The notes: generated from the letters alone by a model not told the origin. A stretch of 41,764 nt of DNA from Amoeboaphelidium protococcarum X5 (GCA_023515725.1 JALDTO010000135.1:188648-230411); one strand, 5' to 3'; positions 1 through 14,626 are shown, counted from the first letter of the stretch. Numbers and translations are program-made.

Positions 1-474
1 GAGTAGAGGGTATTTGCTCTTCGCAATGGCACAGACTCTGCGAAACTGGATTTACCTCAGTGGATGTTCACACTCGATGAAATGGTCACCAACGCAGAAT
101 ATGCGCATCATAGAGTGAGAAATAGGATTGCGTTAGCCAATGAGTAGTACCGAACTTATTAAAATCGTTAGAATGATGCATAATAAGTCCGTGATGAAGA
201 CGTGGTGTAAAAAGATCCTCTAGCCGAAACAACTTACTTCAGGTTCAATCCTCAGTGCCTGAAAGAAGATTACACAATGACTGAATGGCATCCTGAGAAG
301 TTGAAGTAGATGGAACAATCGGCTGAATAGTATTTGAAGACTGACACCATCTCAAAGCAGATTGATGTTCTGTGTGCCATTTTAACTGAGAAGAAAGGTT
401 GGCAAGAGAAAGCTAGAGCATTTCGCAAACGTCCAGTGGACACTCTTCTACCTGCAGAATGCCACATACAGTGA
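1..474 (+). CDS. Patatin-like phospholipase (PNPLA8/iPLA2-gamma-like), C-terminal part; truncated at the window start
   Basis: Frame 1 is open with TAR=Gln up to TGA at 472-474. It reads ...DEMVTNAEYAHHRV...TYFRFNPQC...EKLKQMEQSAEQYL..., resembling the YFRFNP C-terminal region of PNPLA8-type patatins. Confidence 0.65.
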
Positions 475-692
475 TACTCAATGAGTTGACTTTTTGTTGA
501 TTACTTAATAATGAACTACTGGAATAAACGATAAGTAGGGTCTGTTGCAACTTTTGATTTCGACGATTTTCTTCAGTTTTCGCCGGTTTATCTCTCACGA
601 ATGAATATCTGCTGAAGAATATACCAATTCAACTCGGTAATTTAGAAATAGGTAGAGTTTGGATAAATTAATACTAAGCAATACGGTTTAAT

Positions 693-2393
693 ATGATTGT
701 GAGGGGATTATCTTAAAAGGGAATGGCTAGATTAATAACTAGAAGTAGCCGTGGATTTTGGAAATATTCCATGGCGTCTAGGTAATCAAGATTATGGACT
801 GGCGCGTCTCGACCGATGCCTTCCATCAATGTTGTAATCAACAAGGTATGATCAATATTTACCGATTACTGCTAATGCCGTTGTTTTTAATATACTCGAT
901 GAGTGTAGTAATAATTTCATGGAAGCGCGTAATTGAAATAGAGCAAGCGGGATCCATATCAAGTGCTGGGAGTTATTAAATCATCTTCGCCGGCAGAGAT
1001 CAAGAAGGCATACTTTAAGTTGGCAAAGAAGTATCACCCAGATGCATTCTAAAGCGCGTCATAGAAGGAGAAGGATGATGCTAAGCAAAATTTCATTGAG
1101 ATTCAGGAAGCTTATGATATACTAAGCGATGAATAGAAGAAGGCGCAATTTGATCGGTATGGACACATTGATCCTAATCAGTATGCGGGAAATGGGTAGT
1201 AATAGTCCCCGTTTGGTCAAGGATCTCCTTTTGGCGCGGAAGATATATTTAAAGAATTTTTCAGAGGTGCTAGTAGTGCTCGAGGTGGTGCTGGTGGACC
1301 ATTTGGCTCAGCAGGTGGATTTAATTTTGGCGGATTCTCTGCTCAAGACATATTTGGAGGTGCTGGATTTGGTCAGTAATCTCCATTCAGTTCATCACAA
1401 TAACAGTCCACTCCCGCTGATGATGGTGCGGATATAATGACGCGACTATCCATATCGTTCATGGATGCAATTAAAGGTGTCAGAATGCCAATCTCATACG
1501 CAGCGTGGTCGAAATGTGGCACTTGTCACGGCTCTGGTCTCAAGTCTGGAGCGCGCCCGAGATAATGTACCAGCTGTGGTGGCTCTGGCGAATAGATGAT
1601 GTCTCGTGGTGGATTTAGAATTCTGATGACGTGTAGTGCTTGTGGTGGGGCAGGTCAAACTATATCCCAGTCTGATTATTGCGGAAGTTGTCGCGGTGAA
1701 GGACGTGTCAAGGAGCGAGTGGAGACTGTGGTCAACATTCCGGCCGGTGTGGACTCTGGTGAAAGATTACGCGTATCAGGTCGTGGCCATGCGTCTGTTG
1801 GCGCCAGTGGACGTAAGGGTGATCTCTATGTTACTCTGCAAGTGAATGCACCCACCAGGGCCGAATCTGTATTTAAGCGAAATGGCTCCGATTTAAATGT
1901 CGAGGTGGAAATTCCATTCCAGGATGCGATTTTTGGTTCGTAAGTAAATGTGCCCACACTTGAAGGCAGTTATAGTATGAAATTTCCATCTGGTTCTCAG
2001 CCTGGCGATTTAAGGGTACTTGGTAATAAAGGAGTGTAGAAGCTTAATCAGCCGGCTGGTGTCAGAGGAAATCTCAATGTTCGATTAAAGGTGAAGATAC
2101 CACGCGTTGACACTCTTAGTTCCAAGTAGAGAGATCTTTTGGAATAGTTTAGACAGACTTTCGCAAACACCGATAATGCCAAGTAAAGTAATACTAGTGA
2201 CTCCAAGTCTCAATCTCAGTCTAGTCAAAGCGATAGTGCTAATGCTAATGATGATGAGCCAAAGAAGGGATTCATCAGAAAGACTATTGACAAGCTGAAG
2301 GACAGTCTGTGTGATGATGAAAAGAATGGAAAATCACAGTCACAACAATAGAAAAGTGATTAAGAGAAGAAGAAATAAGGTGGGTCTTAATGA
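693..2393 (+). CDS. MDJ1: Mitochondrial type I DnaJ/Hsp40 chaperone (Mdj1/Tid1-like)
   Basis: Arg/Ser-rich presequence, J domain (DPYQVLGV...KYHPD...[10 protein letters not shown]), G/F-rich region, four CxxCxGxG motifs and a C-terminal domain; TGA at 2391-2393. A probable GT-AG intron at about 846-908 removes an in-frame TGA. Alternative start at 723. Confidence 0.9.
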
Positions 2394-2436
2394 ATTAATT
2401 AATGTCAAACTAGATCTATATCGTCTCGGGTGATCA

Positions 2437-4830
2437 TCATTTAATCAGTGCCAAAATCTTGTCCTAAACTTCAATCTTAACTTACAGAAAGTGCCATTCA
2501 TCTTCCTTTTCTTTCAGGAGAGCAGATTAAGTCTAATTCCTGCGCTCTTAAATCTCATTCTAATCTCCCCATGGAATATTCTTGTTGATGGCATCGGGAG
2601 AAGCGACTGATGATGAAGAGTTTGACGATGAACAACTGAAAGCAGGTTGCAATCTAAAGGGTAGCCAGTCCAAACTATCAGCAAGAATTGGCCTTTTCTT
2701 CTACTTCTTTCTAGGATCTACAGCAGGAGCATCAAAGTTGATCAAATCGTTAGATGTCTAAAGTTTAAGACTGCCAGAACTTGATCGCACCTCAGCATCA
2801 ATCACTTCATTCAGCTTTTTTAGGATTCTCATGGATATCTGCGACTCTTACTTCTCGTACATGTAATTGTCAAAAAGTAATCGCCGAATCTACTCGTTCG
2901 AAAGCGGGACGCCATCGACCACTAAATTCTACACTTTTGGTATATCTTTAGATTAGTTAATTTCAGAAAGCCCCTAGAGGACATTGTCTTCCTTTTCATT
3001 TGCCATAACTTCTTCACTGAAAGCAGCGGACGCGACTTGAAGTAATTTACAGGCAGTGATTGTGGGCAGGAATGGACTCAATAGTTAATCAATATTCCCT
3101 ACGTTTATAAGCCGCAGCAAGCTATCTATAGTGGTCGAACTTTCACTCGTCTTTAAACCATTAGAACTTGATGTCTGAGACTATTATTTCTGATCATTTA
3201 CAATTACACGACTGCGGACCCACTCTTCTATAATATTCAGATTGAATCTTACCAAAACAGCCTATGATCGACTGCAGACAAATCTTCCATCTACAAACGC
3301 ATTGATCAACTCAGCACCCAAAGCATAAATTAACTAGAGTAACAGTTGCCTCTAGTAAACTTGATGAATGTGATATTATTGCATAAGGAAGAGCACCGAA
3401 GCCAGATGTGTCAATAACGTCTTTGGAGATGTAGAGACAGGCGGAGCAGGTTTAAATGAGCTGAATAAAGCACCAAAAGTAGATTGACTCTTCTTGCCAT
3501 CATCAGTAGATGATTGCGATCTCTTCCTGCCAAATAAGCCTCCCCGAGTCTCAGAGCTTATACTTTCACTAGAACCCTGCTTAGATCGACCTCCCTTCCG
3601 TCTCTCCAACGGCCCAGAGTAAACTTTCACGTTGGGATATGTCATGGCTTCCACGGCAATGCTAATAATCTTACTTCTCGCCTCTGCTATTAATGTGGTG
3701 TAGAACAGCTCCAACACTTCTGCAATGCACGCCTGGAGTTCAGCTGAATTTTAAACCAGTTCCACATCTTTTCGCATATAATACAATAATTGGCTGATAT
3801 TTGCCAACCAATAGGACAAGAAACTAAGATCCTTTCTATTATTCCCTTGACCCAGTTGATACCGAAGTCTACTCACAAAACCATTCAGTAGCAACTCAAG
3901 CAAGTCATAAGACTAGTAATAATGTGCGTATCGTGCGCACAGGAACATGATGATTGCCGGTGCAAGCTTTGTTGATAATGAAGCTCTAGTTACGTGCGGC
4001 ACAGGAAGTTGATCAAATATAATCTACACCACAGTCTCAGCCTACTTCTAATCAATAACAATCATCTGATCAGATTTGCATTGCGTAAAATCAAATTTGG
4101 AGCCAGGACTACTGACAATCGAGCTATCGCCATCATCGCTATCAGGAGCATATTATTATGTACCTTCATCATGGGAATGTTAGTCATTCTAATGCACGGT
4201 TGATATCATAAGATTATTCCCAAGGACTGCACTAAGGTCTTAATCTATAGCCTCCAAGTCGAACTAATTAGCTGCATGATAAAACCCATCTCCATTTTAT
4301 TAAGTTTTACTAGATTTACTTTATAATGGATCATTATTATACACAGAATATTACAAGACTGTTCGAGAAGTCATGTCTGTATCGGCGCCACATTGAGCCA
4401 GGTAGGCTGCTACATTATCATGGCCGTTATTGACAGCCCACATATACGGACTCCAGCCTTATTACTAATCAGCTTTATTAATATCTGCGCCATTATCTAG
4501 CAATTGTCTGACAATATTCAGAAATCCAAGACTTGAGGCCTGACATAGTGGTGTGAGGCCATTACTGTTGTACTCATTCATGATATCCATCAGAAGATGG
4601 CTGAAATTGATGTTGATCTATTCTATGCATCTAGAGACTTCAATAGAATCATTATTCCGCACATAAGTATTTAATTACTTGATCATTCTATCCTTAGAAG
4701 GTCGGTCCAGCAGTTGTGAAGTTAAATCTTCAGCAGATGCTTATTTTCCCTACTACAGCATGGATGGGGATAAATCATTACTGACCAGCTATGAAGTTGT
4801 CTACTACCACGGATCTTCTATAGAATCCAT
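2437..4830 (-). CDS. Ankyrin-repeat and DIL (dilute) domain protein
   Basis: Read as one frame with TAR=Gln. Ankyrin repeats (GLTPLCQASSLGFLNIVRQLLDNGADIN; GWSPYMWAVNNGH) and DIL-like motifs (YWLANISQLL; VRFNLNIIEEWVR). Confidence 0.8.
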
Positions 4831-5147
4831 AATAATCCGACTCAATATTCTAAAAAGTGATATTGCGGTACTAATTAATATATGAAGGAGACTTGATCCC
4901 CAAGAATTAATACCGCAGCCAGTTTCCAAGGAAGAGGAATTTTCAAAATCTCTCGTTGAAACTCAAACGGAAAAACTCTCAATGGAGTTTGTCATAAATC
5001 AACTACGATAATAATGATGATGATGAATTTGAAGATACAAAACTGGTATTATTTCTCAAGTAAAAATGCAAAAATTATTTAATCATTAATTAATAAACAC
5101 TGCAATAACCATACGCATTATCAATACAAAGTTACCGCGATCCGAAA

Positions 5148-5756
5148 TCATTGAAGAGATTCTTACTCAACAGCGTATTGAGGGTCAAGTAGAATACGTT
5201 CATTCTCTTTTATTAACTTAATACGATGATGTTTTACCAGGATCCAGGTGTGAACATAGACACATACGGAGAGGAATGCCATATAGACGGCCATCATAGA
5301 GCCAGCAGGGAGATCAACTTTGAAGAATTGACGCGTCGTTTCAGCCGATAATGCCCAAACGGCCAATTGTGTGATATAACTGGCTTTGAACCACGTTCGG
5401 CTGAAGAACAAATGCATCCACACTGCTCCTAGAAGCAATTAACTAAGGTACACATTCAATGCTTTATTCGTTTTCACTATCTGCCGTAGGAACTACAGAG
5501 AGAAGATTGACTTGCCGATCAGTTTTATGGACTTGTGTGCCACTCGATAGCTTGATATTCCCATAAGACAATACATCGCAATCCAAGTGAAACGCATTTA
5601 TGGTGATGTCAGCATTAGTTTAGGCTTTTTCAACTGGCGATACCATCCAGTCATACCAGCTCGGTTCTAACGTCCACTGTAATGAGAAGCGATTAGTGGA
5701 AACATAATGTATATTAAAGCTCTAGTAGCTTCAGATTAATTTACGCGAATGTTCAT
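5148..5756 (-). CDS. TspO/MBR translocator family membrane protein
   Basis: GWYRQLKKP...WIAMYCLMGISSYRV, then LNVYLSQLLLGAVWMHLFF; hydrophobic helices; TGA at 5148-5150. Confidence 0.8.
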
Positions 5757-5888
5757 TGCTCTATTTAATGTGTAGGTAGACTCGGTTATTATTATTGAGA
5801 CCGAGTGATGTGACTAATAAATGAAATTTCAATCACAATCAGTTCCGCCTCAAGAAAGCGTTTGATCGATTAAGTCAACAACACGTCA

Positions 5889-6530
5889 ATGTTTAAACTT
5901 CGTAGACTGTCCAACATGTCGGAGCTAGTAACTTTAAATAATCCAGTCAGAATATTCAACAGCTGGTTTGACACGCATAAGAAGGAATTTCCCAAGGAGT
6001 CAAGGTATGCCTACAATGCCGCCCAATTAGCAACGTGCGGCGCGGATATGGTCCCATCAGTGAGAACGGTACTCATCAACTGGACCAGGGAGACGGAAGA
6101 TCGCGGTCTAGTACTGACGACATTTTCGTATTACTGCAGCAATAAGGGAAAAAATATTGAAGAAAATGGCAATGTGGCTCTTTGTTTCTATTGGGGTGAT
6201 AGACAAGTTAGAATATAAGGCACGGCTTAGAAGTGCTCAGATCAAGTGAATGACGATAACTTTTACTCGCGCCCCTTGTCCAGTCAAATTAATGCTCATG
6301 CCAAAATGCAGTCTCTACCTCTAGAAAATCGGTCATAGTTTGAGGATAAAGTTCAAAGCCTGGAATAGAAGTTTGGTGAGGGAAAGATTCCACGTCCAGA
6401 GTATTGGGGAGGATATGATATCACAGCAACGTCGTTTGACTTTTGGGAGAAGGCTGGTAGATTGGATGATAGATTTCAGTTTACTTTAAACTAGAATAAT
6501 GAGTGGTGTAAATAAAGATTATATCCATGA
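5889..6530 (+). CDS. Pyridoxamine 5'-phosphate oxidase-like protein (divergent)
   Basis: LATC...PSVRTVL, ALCFYW..RQVRIQG, FYSRPLSSQI, PRPEYWGGY, FDFW...RLDDR and the terminal RLYP-TGA match PNPO/Pdx3 architecture. Confidence 0.85.
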
Positions 6531-6581
6531 TGAAACATTTATTAATTTTCACAGTACATCAGAAAAGTAGTGCAAAGTGAA

Positions 6582-6597
6582 GGTGTTTAAAAACACC
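6582..6597 (-). promoter_or_regulatory. Histone 3' UTR stem-loop (H3 copy 1)
   Basis: GGTGTT-TTTA-AACACC on the minus strand, 40 nt after the H3 stop. Confidence 0.75.
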
Positions 6598-6637
6598 ATT
6601 TTACATTCAATAAATGAGATGATAAGAATCAAAGAGT

Positions 6638-7752
<1,115 letters not shown>

Positions 7753-7787
7753 ATACTCTCACTTCGATGTTTCTATTATCGCACAAT

Positions 7788-7803
7788 GGTGTTTTTAAAC
7801 ACC
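7788..7803 (+). promoter_or_regulatory. Histone 3' UTR stem-loop (H4 copy 1)
   Basis: AAT-GGTGTT-TTTA-AACACC-TTCA, 35 nt after the H4 stop. Confidence 0.75.
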
Positions 7804-7861
7804 TTCAAATGTTCAGCTCTATTAACTGAGTTTAATTTGAAAATTTGCATTTACTATTATT

Positions 7862-8196
7862 TCAATTCTAGTTCATTCTTCCAATTACACCTCTGTTAAT
7901 TAAATAGTCTTGGAATACAGCTATGAATTTAACAGTCTCCACCATCACGTCTCTCTTTGAGACACTTTCGCCGCGCTCCACTTTAACTTGCAGTGATGGA
8001 ATGAGCAACTTTAGCGTGTTCATGTGATGTTTCAACTCTTATTCACGCTTGCTTTCCTACATAGATTAAGTCGCAAGTTAAGAATTTTGATTAATATACG
8101 ATTTAAGTAATCGCTTACCTTTGAAGCTCCTCTTTCTTTTACTGATTAAAGTGGAGCTTGTATACGATTAACTTCAGTTAAACTTAGGCTGCGCAT
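7862..8196 (-). CDS. Small bHLH-like protein (about 90 aa)
   Basis: Two exons joined by a GTAAGC...TAG intron at 8057-8118. ESKREQELKHHMNTLKLLIPSL...VSKRDVMVETVKFIAVFQ fits a helix-loop-helix pattern. Confidence 0.55.
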
Positions 8197-8287
8197 CTTG
8201 AGGATCTGCAAAGTAAAAGATAAGATGGATCAAACCAAAAATAGCACAAAACCAAACGAAAGAAGTCACATCTAAGAATTTCCGTTG

Positions 8288-10369
8288 TCACTCACAATCC
8301 ATATGCTGGCAACCTTCTTCAGCCTCCATATCATCTTCGACTGGATTACGGTCATCCTGAGGCGCCACAAAGCTCGCGACAAAACTAGTAAGCTCTTCAT
8401 ACTTTGAAGGTATCAATGCTAACTGCGCATTCACACATGATAATTACTCGGTACTCAACTCAATAACTTGCCTGTCGTTTAAATCTTTGAGCATCAATCC
8501 ATCTTTTGCGGTTAAGCTTTTCATTATATTATCGATAGTGGAGTTCAATTGAGTATTATTTGATGTAAGTTTCAAAAATTCCAATTAGAGTGACTTGATT
8601 GCACTATTTCGCGGCATGCTTCCACACTACTCGAATACAGTCTACACATTGCTATCTAAAAGATGGCTTTGATTATTATGCAGCAGAACACGTAAAATCT
8701 GAGCCATGGCGCTATCCTCAATGTTCGTAACAACATTTTTAATTATGGCCAAGACTTCTTCAATGAAGATTTCACGTGTCTATTCTTGCTCAAGTAAAGC
8801 GATGTACACTTCAACAGTCAATTCTCCAATTTACGGGGCAACGTTCTCAAGATTAGACTTGACCAAAGAGAGTAAGTCGGACTTTAACTACTCAAAATCG
8901 ATACACTGCTACCGGTACACTTGATCATCTTTCAGAAGATCTTTAATCACTATTAACGACTTTATACGCACGCTTTCATCAAGCTAAATGGATGAGGCAG
9001 CTGCCAATAGTCTTTTAAATAGACGCATACTTTAAGCACTTTAAACCATTATAACTGATTAAGCAATATCGCATAAGTTATTAAATGCTTCAGATTAACT
9101 AATACCGCCGTCGACATCCCAGAATCGATATAAATAGTCACAGACAGAATCTTCAAACTCTAAAAGCAACTTTGGAATCTTCTAGCATATCTTCACTATT
9201 TAGGAAACTGCGCGACAGTTAGAGCCGTCCAAGGCGCGTTATATCATTGCTGCAAGTAAATGCTACATCAACAGGGAAAGTTCATCATGATTTAAGATTA
9301 CATTTAGAGCAGCTCCATCTGCGAACACACTCTACAGTACAGTTGTGATATCCGCATCAATGCAAGAATCATCTGAGTTCTCAAATTACTCGAAATACAA
9401 CAATAAACTCTATGTGTCAGTGCAATGAGGCAATACAGCAGTCGCCAACTTTGTATTACGCCAATTACTAACAACATAATCGCGTGCCAAATCTCTCTAA
9501 AATCCTCTCTAGTAAAGCCGCTAGATCACTCTGCAAGCGGTCAGCTAAACCATTCGATCACGCTAATTACACAGCTACAGTAAATAGTGATAACAGACAA
9601 GATCCATGCAAGATGAAAGGACATCTGGACGCACCAGGGAAAACACTTTAACGCAGTCTAGAAGCTGATTCCAGGGACTCGAAGGCTAGAGCTTCAGTAA
9701 ACCATCAAACTTGTCCTTGAACATCTTCAATAATAGATCTAAATAAAACCCAACATCATCATGTCCAGAATTGAAGAATTATGCTAGCAAATTGATGCTC
9801 GTTTGCGACGCCTACATAAGTGATGGTCGAGAAATTAGCATTATAATTAACGGATGATAAATATACCTAAAACTTGTCGCTGCAGCAGTTGAGAAATGCT
9901 CTATCTACCAATTTCATGGTAATGTGTGCCATATCTTCAGTTGAGAACGCGCAATCTGGCATCAAATCTATAACAACTTCCTGATGAGTAACAGTGTATT
10001 CATTAAATCCATCATACTCTACGCTCAGCTTGTCGACTAGTAATTGACCGGCATCAATAGAATGCGTTGTGATATAAAGCTACTTGCATACTTGAACTCC
10101 GATAACATACAATCGCTTGTAGGTACTTTGTAAAAGAGTCTACAAGAAACTGTTAAGTATAGCGGTATCATGGTAAGATAAACGTTTACTTTCAAAGGAT
10201 CTAACACGCGTTCCATATCGGAATATGCATCACGATCTAATGCCATTTGCGTCCATTGTAAAATCTTGTTCTGAGCAGAATCTTCTATAGCAGTGACAGT
10301 GTTGACATTTAGAGCACTAAGCTTAAGCAGAGCTTCTTCCAAAGTTAACGCATTAGATACAGCAGACAT
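8288..10369 (-). CDS. Alpha-helical (ARM/HEAT-like) protein, about 658 aa; possibly BRAT1-like
   Basis: The frame is restored by GT-AG introns at 10140-10189 and 9812-9866. Leu-rich helical sequence with an acidic tail ending HMDCE-TGA. The family call is weak. Confidence 0.6.
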
Positions 10370-10443
10370 TTGTAATTTGACTGATGAATAAATTTTAATG
10401 AAGATAGAAAGGAGGCAAGCTTTAAAAATCTTCAATTTTAAAT

Positions 10444-13290
10444 TCAAAATTCATACCACTTCTTTTCTGCCTGTTATCGATTGTACTCCCTGGCTCTTGC
10501 AAGAAAGTCCTCAGAACTTGTGGCAAGATTGGCAAATTTACTTTCTAGATTCTATAATCTCTCTCCGCGTTCATTTAAAGCGTTCTAAGCATTAGCAAAT
10601 GCATTGTCTCCACGTACTTGTGTCTCCGATTCGGGATCAATTGGTGGTAGCTCCTTGTCACGTATTTATCTACTTATAAGAGAATCGTTGGTAGAGGTTG
10701 GTGGAAAATCTACAATGCCAAATCACAACAATATAGCAGTGCAGGATAGTAAAACTTACATTGATCTACTAGAAGCTTAACTTGATCTGACCATTGAGAG
10801 TCATTGACTACATCATCACCTTTGAAAGCTCTTTTCATAGTCTCCATTATAGATGTCTTTCTATCCGGAACGATCCTATTAGGAAATGTAACCAGTGCAT
10901 CGTGATATTCAGCGACATGCTGACTTCTTAATGCGAATGACGGTATAACCTGTAGAGCATCATACAGCGCAAAAAATCGACAATCCTTGCGCGCCGACAG
11001 CAAGCCATCAGATTAGAACTCAAATTCACATCCTCTACACATTGCTAGTATAATCACGCGATTTGAATACCGTTAATCGAGTTAAGTGATCTTACCTCAA
11101 CCGCTGATCTAATTAAGAAACTACTACAGACTATAAAGTTTAAAACTCCCAGCAAATCAGTCGAAGCTAATCAGTCAATATCAACAACACATCAAGATTA
11201 CTAACTTGATACACTTTAGCATGAAAGCATTACTCATTTTCGTCCAACTGAAAAGACTGTTCAAGGAGTAAATCACCAGTTATAGAGTTACACAATTAGA
11301 ACTAGGTAGAACTGAGCAGTGCCAGTACGGCAGTATTTTTATCCAGTGAACTCTTACTCTTCTTGCTCATAGACTTTTAATCAGGCTTGGAGTAATGCTG
11401 TAATATTTCACACGATTGCCATTAAAGTCTAGCATCAGCACTGATGATTACTTCACAAGTATAGCAGCTGTCAATACCATCACCTCTGTTAATCTTAAGA
11501 GCAGATCCATCAGAGCATGTGCATATCACTATAATTGAACCAGCATCATTAGATTTACAACAGCTAGTTATGGACACGTTCTCATACGGAAGCCTACCAA
11601 CGTACAAAACTTCCAATGAAGTCAAATCAATTAAACTTATCACCGAGTCATCACTTTAAGAAAGCAAGTGACCATCAATTAACCAACAGCGAGTGAGATT
11701 TTACTATCCTTCCATCTAGTGAACTTTTACAGCTATAACTGATTTGACTTCAACCGCATCACTTTTCAATGATTCTACATTCAAAATCTCAATTTGACTT
11801 TTAAATAGATAGTCAGTCTGGAAAGCATCAAGATCAAAGCAGTTGATCAAGAATATTGTTCCATCTTCATATACAGATATGATTCCAGCACCAAATTGAT
11901 ACAATCGTGTAAGTCGCACGCTATCAAATGGTGTACATTTTATATTCTATTAGAGCAATAAAGACCCAGTTGCAGTATTCTCATACGAATAGCAACTGAG
12001 CATTCCTGACGCAATTCCCAGACATATTCGAACTTTAAACACTGTAGATGTCCCCGCATCAATATCAACGGATGGTAAACTTGACGCGCTAATACATGAG
12101 CAAGTCACGTCTTGAGTATTTAAAATCTATTGTAGACCAGATTAGTACTGAAAAGACTCAAACTTGGAAGCATTAAAGTCAAATTACAACAGATTTCCAG
12201 CTCGCGAAAGAGATATTAAAGCAGTCGGAGACTTTTCCAACGCGTAATTAGCTCCGAGATTAAAGTGGCCCACAGCACCTAAAGTTTCAATTAATTAAAT
12301 CATCTACTCCTTTCTGACCATTTTGAAGTCTTTATCAAAGGTCTTTATAGTCAAAATCTGATCTTAACTCTACTAATAGACAGACCACATGATTAAAGAG
12401 TATCGGTCATCTGAATCACCAGGCAACCACCATACTTTAGTCAAAAATTAATCTTCAGTATCATTGCTGGTAGCTACTACATCCGATTCCCATAATACAG
12501 AGTTGGCATTCCGAGATGAGATGATTCGAATGAGAGAATTGGAATACGCGCAACAAAGATAACGCCCATCATATGTCAAAGCGCAGTCTACCAAACTACA
12601 GTTCTCCTACTTGCAAATAAAAGTGCAAAGAGCGGCCTTTGAGTTCAAGTCGAACGACACGATACCACCGTGGCAGTAGGCGACGAATATTATACTCGCA
12701 AAATGAGGATGACACAGAATCTTCAAAACTGACTCCGAAGTTTCCACCAAGCATGGCACTTGATAAACAGAACTTATAGAACCATTATCGCCGTTCATGA
12801 CCAAGACACTTCCAATGACAGTACCCAAAAGCACCAGCGGGGACTTTGGCGCCAGTTCAATATACGTAATCTTGTCTGTAACATCACGTTGTTCATAATC
12901 AGGCATTTGCTTTATCAAATTCCAACCAATCACTTCATTATCAGAGTTGATGGATATGAGCAATCCTTGATTCTATTAGAATTTTAAAAATTTTATCGCA
13001 GATCCAGAAGATTGAGCATCGTCGTTGTATGCTGATAAGTAAGTGTAATCGCAATCCTTATTAATGAGTAGAATTTCCCCTTTAAAGGTTCCTAAAGCCA
13101 AAACCTTCTAGCAACAATCGTAATCAAAGCAAGTTGTAGCTGATAGAAGACCCAATCTAAGCAGTTCCACTAGCTCAAATTGGCGAATGACGCTCAGATT
13201 CTCCTCTTGGATATTCACAGAGCCATTTGAAGTCTTGTGCTTGTCCACTACGCCTGCAGCCAACTTCTTTAATTTCTTAACGATGCCCAT
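10444..13290 (-). CDS. Tomosyn/Sro7/Lgl family WD40 protein with C-terminal R-SNARE-like motif
   Basis: N-terminal RLGL...CFDYDCCQKVLALGT and WD40-like repeats; C-terminal NALNERGERLQNLESKFANLATSSEDF...KKWYEF-TGA. Introns at 11035-11095 and 10710-10759. Confidence 0.85.
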
Positions 13291-13420
13291 TGTTGCTCAA
13301 GTATAAGGCAATGTTCAACAATACTGAAGCTAAAGAAAAGAATGTAAAGATACTATAGTACTGCAAGATAAACAAGAAATATATTCAAATAAACTCAGTT
13401 AATAGAGCTGAACATTTGAA

Positions 13421-13436
13421 GGTGTTTAAAAACACC
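13421..13436 (-). promoter_or_regulatory. Histone 3' UTR stem-loop (H4 copy 2)
   Basis: GGTGTTTTTAAACACC on the minus strand after the H4 stop. Confidence 0.75.
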
Positions 13437-13471
13437 ATTGTGCGATAATAGAAACATCGAAGTGAGAGTAT

Positions 13472-13870
<399 letters not shown>

Positions 13871-14178
13871 TTAAGCGTTTCGTTCCGTCGCACAAACTCG
13901 GCCAGTTGTTTCCCGTTTCACTCCTGCAACGGCCGTTCACCAGTGTAAACACTGTGCAAGCCTCCCGAGAAACACGACTGTGGCCGCGCTGTTTGAGGCT
14001 TCTGAAACGGAAAGAGGAACTGGCACGGCTAAAACGCTCGCTTCGTCAGTTTGAATGACCACGGACAGTGTCTCAAGCGATAAAAGCCGCCCGTCGCCTC
14101 GTTCGTTTCTCTTCTCCTCTTTGCAGTTTTAATTATAATCCTTTTACTTACTCGCACAAATTCTAAAGACATTTCAAG

Positions 14179-14586
<408 letters not shown>

Positions 14587-14626
14587 ACTCTTTGATTCTT
14601 ATCATCTCATTTATTGAATGTAAAAT

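Noticed and set aside
4835-5145. Possible small ORF or RNA between the DIL gene and TSPO
   Set aside because: Only short frames, and no recognisable RNA family.
6582-6597. Rho-independent terminator or CRISPR-like repeat reading of the hairpins and 33-bp repeats
   Set aside because: The context is eukaryotic, with no U-tract after the stem, no spacer array and no cas genes.
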